Assembly: GCA_031431875.1 (NCBI GenBank)
Contig: JANPEF010000096.1
Span: forward strand, 1-15,522
Origin: Candidatus Eiseniibacteriota bacterium
Lineage (GTDB): Bacteria > Eisenbacteria > RBG-16-71-46 > DASYSL01
Direction: 5' to 3'
DNA length: 15,522 bases
The notes beneath the pieces were generated by a model. The model did no database searches and was not told the DNA's origin. It worked only from the letters and a program-made list of their open reading frames with translations. A program made the position numbers and the translations under genes. Numbering within the stretch: the first letter of the stretch is position 1; each line of letters starts with the position of its first letter. This document shows positions 10,067-15,522 of the stretch, piece by piece.

Positions 10067-10540
10067 ATGACGACGCTGTTGCAGAAGGAGCCCGTGATCG
10101 GAGAGGCGGCGCCGGACTTCACGCTGCCGTCGACCAGCGGCAAGCCGGTGACCCTGTCTTCGTTCGTCGAGTCGAAGAACGTGCTGCTGGCGTTCTTTCC
10201 GCTCGCGTTCACCTCGGTCTGCCGCGCCGAGATGTGCGCGTTCTGGGACGACGTCTCGCGCTTCGAAGCGCAGGACACGCGCGTGTTCGGCGTGTCCGTG
10301 GACCACACCGCGTCCCAGCAGGCGTTCCAGGAGAAAGCCGGCTTCCAGACCGAGCTCCTCTCCGACTTCAAGCGCGACGTCTCGCGCGCCTACGGCGTCC
10401 TGATCGAGGACGCGTTCTTCTCCAGGCGCGCCTACTTCTTCATCGACAAGCAGGGCATCCTGCGCTGGAAGCACGTCGAGGAGAAGCTCGCCGACAAGCG
10501 CGAGAACGCCGACCTCCTCGACGCGATTCGCGCGTCCTGA
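10067..10540 (+). CDS. Peroxiredoxin (AhpC/TSA-redoxin family, AhpE/BCP-like)
   Basis: [10 protein letters not shown], peroxidatic motif [10 protein letters not shown] (PxxxTxxC), [20 protein letters not shown] with the conserved Arg. Confidence 0.92.
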   Translation: MTTLLQKEPVIGEAAPDFTLPSTSGKPVTLSSFVESKNVLLAFFPLAFTSVCRAEMCAFWDDVSRFEAQDTRVFGVSVDHTASQQAFQEKAGFQTELLSDFKRDVSRAYGVLIEDAFFSRRAYFFIDKQGILRWKHVEEKLADKRENADLLDAIRAS

Positions 10541-11673
10541 GCTCGCTTCCCCTGGTCGATCCCATCCTGCCCGCCGCCACCGCCGCCGATCCCATCGTTG
10601 GCGGCCTCGTCGCGTTCGTGCCGCCGGTGCGCATCCTCGTGCTCGGCGGCGCGGATCGCATGCGCTTCCTGCAGGCGCTGGTGGCGCAGGATCTCGACGG
10701 GCTCGCCCCGGGCGAGGGCATCCACGGCGCGCTGACCGACGATCGCGGCCGCCCGATCGCGGATTTCCACCTGTACGTGCTCCCCGAGGCGCTGCTGCTC
10801 GAGCTGCCGGTGGGCCGCGCCGAGGAGGCTCGCGCCGCACTCGATGGGCGCATCATCGCCGACGACGTGCGCACCGCGTGGGCTTCCGGTGGAGTCGTGG
10901 CGTACGAGTCATCGGATCCTGGGCAGTTGGCCATCGCGTCGGGTTCACCCAGGCAGGGCGGGCCGTTGGACAGTCTTGGCGATCCTGCGCCCGGCGTCGG
11001 CTTCGCCGACGGGACTGGCTTCGCGGAGGATGATCCCGCGCTCGAAGACGAGGCCGTGCTCGCCACCGTGCCTGCGGTGCGACATGCGGTGCTCCGTGCG
11101 TCGCGCCTCGGCGGCTTCGGCGCGCTGCACTGGTCGTCCGTCGATCGCATGGTCGAGCTGGCGGCCGTTGCCTCCGGCGGATCCGGCGTGACGGTCGCTC
11201 TGTCGGCGACGCAGCTCGACCTGCTCGAGATCACCGCGGGTCGCATCGGGGCCATGGAGCTGGCCGAGGCTAGGGTGTGGAACGAGCTGGGCATGATGGC
11301 CGCCGTGAGCCTGACGAAGGGCTGCTGGATGGGACAGGAGATCGTGCGCCGCGTCCACGTGCTCGGCGAGACCAGGCGCGTGCTTCGCGGGCTGACGCTC
11401 GATGTTCCCCACGGAGTCGACTGGGCGGGCGCGGCACTCGAGGATGCCGTCGGCGCTGCCGCCGGCGTCGTCACTCGCGCGTCCCGCGCCCCCTCTCTCG
11501 ATGCGACCGTGGGCCTTGCGTTCGTGCGCCGCGACTGCGTGGTGGGTGCGGCGCTCACGGCCGTCCGCGCCGACGGCGCCCGCGCGCCGGCCCTCGTGCG
11601 CGCCCTGCCTTTCGTGACGCGACGCCCGGTGGGCGTGGCGCCGCCTTCGTGGCTTCCCCAGGAGACTGCATGA
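10537..11673 (+). CDS. YgfZ/GcvT-family folate-binding protein (Fe-S cluster maturation/repair); start uncertain
   Basis: [41 protein letters not shown] (variant of the YgfZ KGCYxGQE signature), GVVT...GLAFVRR C-terminal domain. Start may be the CTG at 10537 or the GTG at 10618. Confidence 0.85.
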   Translation: MSSLPLVDPILPAATAADPIVGGLVAFVPPVRILVLGGADRMRFLQALVAQDLDGLAPGEGIHGALTDDRGRPIADFHLYVLPEALLLELPVGRAEEARAALDGRIIADDVRTAWASGGVVAYESSDPGQLAIASGSPRQGGPLDSLGDPAPGVGFADGTGFAEDDPALEDEAVLATVPAVRHAVLRASRLGGFGALHWSSVDRMVELAAVASGGSGVTVALSATQLDLLEITAGRIGAMELAEARVWNELGMMAAVSLTKGCWMGQEIVRRVHVLGETRRVLRGLTLDVPHGVDWAGAALEDAVGAAAGVVTRASRAPSLDATVGLAFVRRDCVVGAALTAVRADGARAPALVRALPFVTRRPVGVAPPSWLPQETA

Positions 11674-13364
11674 CCGACGTTCCCGACCTGCCGACCACCC
11701 CCGGCCCGACCGCGGTGCCAAGCCCGACGCGCCGCTCGTTCCCCGCGTCGGATCGCTTCATTCCCAAGCCCGAGCGCGTGTTCGTCAACCGCAACCTGCG
11801 CTTCTCGCAGGTCGCCGCGGTCGGCTTCGACCTTGACCACACGCTCGCGCACTACGATGCCATCCCGATCGAGAAGCTCGCCTTCGAGCTGACCAAGAAG
11901 AAGCTGGTCGAGAAGCGCGGCTACCCGGCCGAGGTCCTGCGCTTCCGCTACGACCCGACGTTCGTCGTGCGCGGCCTGATCGTCGACAAGGTGCGCGGCA
12001 ACCTGATCAAGATGGATTACTTCCGCTACGTGTCCCGTGCGGTGCACGGCACGAAGCGGCTCGACGCCGACGAGCGCGACCGCCTGTACAACGACCGCAC
12101 GCCGCGTTTCTCCGGTGACGGGTTCGTGTCGGTCGACACGCTGTTTCACTTGCCGGAGGTGCACCTCTATCTCCTGCTGATCGATCTTTTCGAGCGCAGG
12201 GGGGAGCGGCCGGACTTCGCCGGCCTGTACGCCGACGTCCGCGCGATGATCGACGAGGCGCATGGGGATGGCTCGCTGAAGGCCGTGATCACGAAGAACG
12301 TCGGCAACTTCGTGCGTCGCGACCCGCGCCTGCCGGTGTTGCTCGAGGAGTTCCGCCGTGCGGGGAAGAAGCTGTTCCTGCTCACCAACTCCGAGTGGTA
12401 CTACAGCGCCGCGCTGCTCGAGCACCTGCTCGAGCGCAGGAAGAACGATCGTTCGTGGGAGCGCTTCTTCGACTACATCGTGGTCTCGTCCCGGAAACCA
12501 TCGTACTTCGCGATCGAGGCCGGCGTGGTCGCCGGGGAGTTCGTGGTGAGCACGACGGGCGTGCCCGCGTGGTCCGGCGGCAACGCGGCCTACCTCGAGC
12601 AGGAGATGGGCGTCGGTGGTGACCAGATCCTGTACTTCGGTGATCACACCTACGGCGACATCCTGCGCTCCAAGCGTTCGCTCGGCTGGCGCACCGCGAT
12701 GATCGTGCCCGAGGTCGAGCGCGAGGTCGCGGTCACCCACGAGCAAGCGCGCTCCTACAAGACGCTCGAGCGCCTGGCGAACGAGCACGACCAGCTCGAA
12801 CTCGAGAAGGCGGCGCGCGGTCGCGAATGGCGCGAGCTGTCGCTCTCCCTCGGTGGCGACGATGACGAGGACGCAGCGTTGGTGCTCGCAATCTACGATC
12901 CGCGCGTGCGGCAGGCGGGCGCGGGGCGCGCGGGTTCGGCGGGCGCGGGTGCGGCCGTCAACGGGGGGACGGCGACCGGCGGGACCGAGAACGGCGACCT
13001 GCCCGCCCGGCTCAAGGCGCTCCTGGCCGGCACCGGTAGCGGACCCGGCGGCCGGCGCACACGCGGCGATCGGCGGCGCACGGCGAAGCTGCGCGAACTC
13101 GAGGAGCTGGCGCACAGGATTGCGGACTTGGACCACCGCGCCGCATCGCTGGCCGGCCGCATCAAGTCGCTCCGGCGCAAGGTGGAGGCGGCCTACAACC
13201 CGACGTGGGGCTCGATCTTCCGCGTCGGCAACGAAGCCAGCCGCTTCGGCCACCAGCTCAAGGACTTCGCCTGCGTCTACACGAGCGACGTGGCGAACTT
13301 CCTGCACTACCCCTGGAACTACTACTTCCTGTCGCCGGGGAGTGTGATGCCGCACGATCTGTAG
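11670..13364 (+). CDS. HAD-IG family 5'-nucleotidase (cytosolic cN-II/NT5C2-like)
   Basis: VFVNRNL, motif I GFDLDHTL, RGLIVDKVRGNLIK, DTLFHLPE, motif II FLLTNS, RKPSYF, motif IV YFGDHTYGDI, GWRTAMIVPE, WGSIFR, ACVYTS, MPHD end. ATG at 11670 with AGGAG Shine-Dalgarno and ATGA overlap. Confidence 0.93.
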   Translation: MTDVPDLPTTPGPTAVPSPTRRSFPASDRFIPKPERVFVNRNLRFSQVAAVGFDLDHTLAHYDAIPIEKLAFELTKKKLVEKRGYPAEVLRFRYDPTFVVRGLIVDKVRGNLIKMDYFRYVSRAVHGTKRLDADERDRLYNDRTPRFSGDGFVSVDTLFHLPEVHLYLLLIDLFERRGERPDFAGLYADVRAMIDEAHGDGSLKAVITKNVGNFVRRDPRLPVLLEEFRRAGKKLFLLTNSEWYYSAALLEHLLERRKNDRSWERFFDYIVVSSRKPSYFAIEAGVVAGEFVVSTTGVPAWSGGNAAYLEQEMGVGGDQILYFGDHTYGDILRSKRSLGWRTAMIVPEVEREVAVTHEQARSYKTLERLANEHDQLELEKAARGREWRELSLSLGGDDDEDAALVLAIYDPRVRQAGAGRAGSAGAGAAVNGGTATGGTENGDLPARLKALLAGTGSGPGGRRTRGDRRRTAKLRELEELAHRIADLDHRAASLAGRIKSLRRKVEAAYNPTWGSIFRVGNEASRFGHQLKDFACVYTSDVANFLHYPWNYYFLSPGSVMPHDL

Positions 13365-13431
13365 CTGATCGGGCAGGAGAGCGCGGGCAACTTGCGTCGC
13401 CGCAACTTGACACATGGCGGGTCGGCCCAGT

Positions 13432-13461
13432 TTGCGAGCGCCTGACGGTAGCGTGTAGCAT
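13432..13461 (+). promoter_or_regulatory. Possible sigma70-type promoter for the downstream secreted protein
   Basis: TTGCGA (13432-13437), 18-nt spacer, TAGCAT (13456-13461); GGAG Shine-Dalgarno at 13487-13490 before the ATG at 13499. Consensus match only. Confidence 0.3.
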
Positions 13462-13498
13462 CGTGGGCTTCCAGCCCTGATCCTCCGGAGAACTCGCC

Positions 13499-14236
13499 AT
13501 GCGAGATTTGATTCGTCCATTCGTCAACGGCCTGGCGCTCGCCGCCCTTGTGGTTGCCCCATCGCCAGCCGCCGCAACGACACTCGATCTCTCCTGGGAC
13601 GCATGCACCCCCGTGATCACCAACAAGGTCCCCACGGGGTCGCCGCCCGACCCGATCGTCCTCGTGGTGCGCGCCGTGGGGCAGGTCGATCCGCACACGG
13701 GATTCGAGTTCCGCATCGACATGGAGGACGCCGGTGCGGTTCTCCCCGATGCGTGGCGATTCGATCTGGCGGGTTGTCCCGGCGAAGGGTTCATCTCGAT
13801 CCGCACCGACCCGACCACGGCGGCCTGTCCCGCTTTCCAGGGACTCCCTGCGACCGTTCAGACCGGGATCCGCTATGAGCCCTACGCGCTCCCCGGGCCC
13901 CTCGGCGCGCCGCCCTTCCGATTCGCCCTTCTCGTCTCGAGCCGATATCCGGTGACCGGCGCCCCGCCGGCCGGTGCGATTCGTTCCCTCGTACGGGTCG
14001 TCTTCAATCACCGATTTTCCGTGCTGGGTCCGTCGGATCCTGGAATCAACTGCGGAGGATTCGAGCGGAATCTCTGCCTGACTGTCCACCCAGGATCCGC
14101 TCGGTGGTTCGACGCGAGTGGAACACCGGTTCCCTTCGACGTGGGTCAGTCGTGGCTCACCTTTCGGGGAGAGTGCTACCCCGTTCCGGTCGCGCCGACG
14201 ACTTGGGGAACGATCAAGGGGCAGTTTCGGAGGTGA
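13499..14236 (+). CDS. Hypothetical secreted protein, 6 Cys, with C-terminal TWGxIK motif
   Basis: Shine-Dalgarno GGAG; signal peptide MRDLIRPFVNGLALAALVVAPSPAAA; mature region begins TTLDLSWDAC, is beta-strand-like and has 6 Cys; ends PVAPTTWGTIKGQFRR. Confidence 0.8.
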   Translation: MRDLIRPFVNGLALAALVVAPSPAAATTLDLSWDACTPVITNKVPTGSPPDPIVLVVRAVGQVDPHTGFEFRIDMEDAGAVLPDAWRFDLAGCPGEGFISIRTDPTTAACPAFQGLPATVQTGIRYEPYALPGPLGAPPFRFALLVSSRYPVTGAPPAGAIRSLVRVVFNHRFSVLGPSDPGINCGGFERNLCLTVHPGSARWFDASGTPVPFDVGQSWLTFRGECYPVPVAPTTWGTIKGQFRR

Positions 14237-14430
14237 GGCCTGCGGCCGCGACCTCCTGGCGGCAGCCTGGATCGGCCACAGGAGAGCGGCCGAACTTGCC
14301 CCGCGCGAGTCGAGCAGAGCGAGTGGCGAGGCGGCACGACGGCAGGTCTCCCGCCTCCAAAGCTGAGCGCAATAACATTGTAACATAATGGCCAGCAATG
14401 CATTGAGAGCCGCATCAAATCTTCTGTCTG

Positions 14431-14450
14431 AACTGGTTCCGGAACCAGTT
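14431..14450. promoter_or_regulatory. Perfect 20-bp palindrome AACTGGTTCCGGAACCAGTT, probable transcription-factor operator
   Basis: Exact inverted repeat with no loop, in an AT-rich intergenic region about 80 nt upstream of the DUF1028 gene. Confidence 0.6.
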
Positions 14451-14531
14451 GATCGGTTGCTGCCGCGCGTCGTCGCGACGTAGACTCGATGGGTTCGCCC
14501 CATCCTGCTGATCCCCTCCCCCGGAGGCCCT

Positions 14532-15521
14532 GTGGCCGCTCCCGCCGTGATTCCGCTCGCGCTCGGCCTCCTGCTCGCCGCGCCCCTCCCGACCACCCCT
14601 GTCACCACCTACTCCATCGTCGCCCGCGACTCCGTCACCGGTGAGATGGGCGTGGCCGTGCAGTCGCACTACTTCAGCGTGGGGCCGATCGTGCCGTGGG
14701 CCGAGGCAGGCGTGGGCGCGGTTGCGACGCAGTCGCTCGTGCTCGTGGATTACGGACCGAACGGGCTGGCGCTGATGCGTGGCGGGATGAGCGCGCCGGC
14801 GGCGCTCGACTCGCTCAAGCGCGCCGATCCCAATCCGGCCGTGCGGCAGGTGGCGATGGTCGATGCGCAGGGGCGTGTCGCGGCGCACACCGGTCCGGGT
14901 TCGATCCCTGCCGCCGGCCACGAGGTGGGGGCGCAGTTTTCCGTGCAGGCGAACCTCATGGAGAAGCCGAGCGTCTGGCCGGCGATGGCCCGCGCCTACG
15001 AAACGGCGAAGGGGGACCTCGCCGAGCGGCTGCTCGCCGCCCTCGACGCGGCCGAGAAGGAGGGCGGGGACATCCGCGGCCGGCAGTCGGCGGCGATCCT
15101 GATCGTGCGCGGCAGCTCGTCCGGCAAGCCGTGGGTCGATCGCGTCATGGACCTGCGGGTCGAGGATCATCCGCAGCCGAACGTCGAGCTGCGCCGGCTG
15201 GTGCAACTGCGCCGCGCGTACAACGAGTCGGACGCCGGGGACAACGCGATTGCGGCGAAGGATCCGGTCGCGGCGCTCAAGCATTACGAGGAGGCGGCGC
15301 GCCTTGCCCCCGAGGTGGTCGAGCTCCAGTTCTGGGCGGCGCTCTCGATGTACACGAATGGGCGCGAGGCCGAAGCGCGAACGATCTTTCGCCGCGTGTT
15401 CGCACGCGAGCGCCGCTGGGCGGATCTCGTCCCGCGGCTGGCGCAGGTGGAGCTGTTCCCGAACGACCCGAAGAAGATCGCCGAGGTCGTGGCGCTGGCG
15501 CCGAAGGGGGCGCCGTGGTGA
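14532..15521 (+). CDS. DUF1028 family (Ntn-hydrolase-like) protein with C-terminal TPR-like helices
   Basis: TYSIVARD...GEMGVAVQS, VPWAEAGVGAVATQS, RQVAMVD, AAHTG, SVQANLM, LAERLLAALDAAEKEGGDIRGRQSAAI, DLRVEDHPQP; TPR-like ALKHYEEAARLAP...EAEARTIFRRV; hydrophobic N-terminus; GGAGG at 14523-14527; TGA at 15519-15521. Confidence 0.9.
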   Translation: MAAPAVIPLALGLLLAAPLPTTPVTTYSIVARDSVTGEMGVAVQSHYFSVGPIVPWAEAGVGAVATQSLVLVDYGPNGLALMRGGMSAPAALDSLKRADPNPAVRQVAMVDAQGRVAAHTGPGSIPAAGHEVGAQFSVQANLMEKPSVWPAMARAYETAKGDLAERLLAALDAAEKEGGDIRGRQSAAILIVRGSSSGKPWVDRVMDLRVEDHPQPNVELRRLVQLRRAYNESDAGDNAIAAKDPVAALKHYEEAARLAPEVVELQFWAALSMYTNGREAEARTIFRRVFARERRWADLVPRLAQVELFPNDPKKIAEVVALAPKGAPW

Positions 15522-15522
15522 T

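Noticed and set aside
10067..10540. Peroxiredoxin as a substitute CcmG thioredoxin
   Set aside because: It has the PxxxTxxC peroxidatic motif rather than CxxC and no signal or membrane anchor, so it is predicted cytoplasmic.
13407..13436. Perfect TTGACA -35 hexamer
   Set aside because: No credible -10 hexamer at 16-18 nt spacing, so it was not called as a promoter by itself.
10440..13520. 1026-aa minus-strand ORF
   Set aside because: Antisense shadow of ygfZ and the nucleotidase; long stop-free antisense frames are expected at high GC, and it has no recognisable motifs.

Overview
High-GC bacterial chromosomal segment; every well-supported gene is on the + strand. From about 1 to 13364 there is a tightly packed, largely translationally coupled run of 15 genes: ispG (probably 5'-truncated), an IscR-like Rrf2 regulator, pdxS, pdxT, a DHH/DHHA1 (NrnA-like) phosphoesterase, a cytochrome c maturation cluster ccmABCDEF, a secreted TolB/PD40-repeat beta-propeller protein, a peroxiredoxin, a YgfZ/GcvT-family protein and a HAD-IG (cN-II-like) 5'-nucleotidase. 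The ccm cluster is the System I* variant (CcmE with CxxxY, no ccmG/H/I in the window), and its 47-aa ccmD is missing from the ORF track. After this run come a secreted Cys-rich hypothetical protein, an AT-rich intergenic region with a perfect 20-bp palindrome, and a DUF1028 (Ntn-hydrolase-like) + TPR protein. The most notable signal is that two otherwise unrelated signal-peptide proteins end in the same 11-residue motif T-W-G-x-I-K-x-Q-[YF]-R-x-stop, a candidate uncharacterised C-terminal sorting/anchoring signal. I saw no RNA genes, mobile elements or CRISPR arrays. All family calls come from motif recognition, not database searches.
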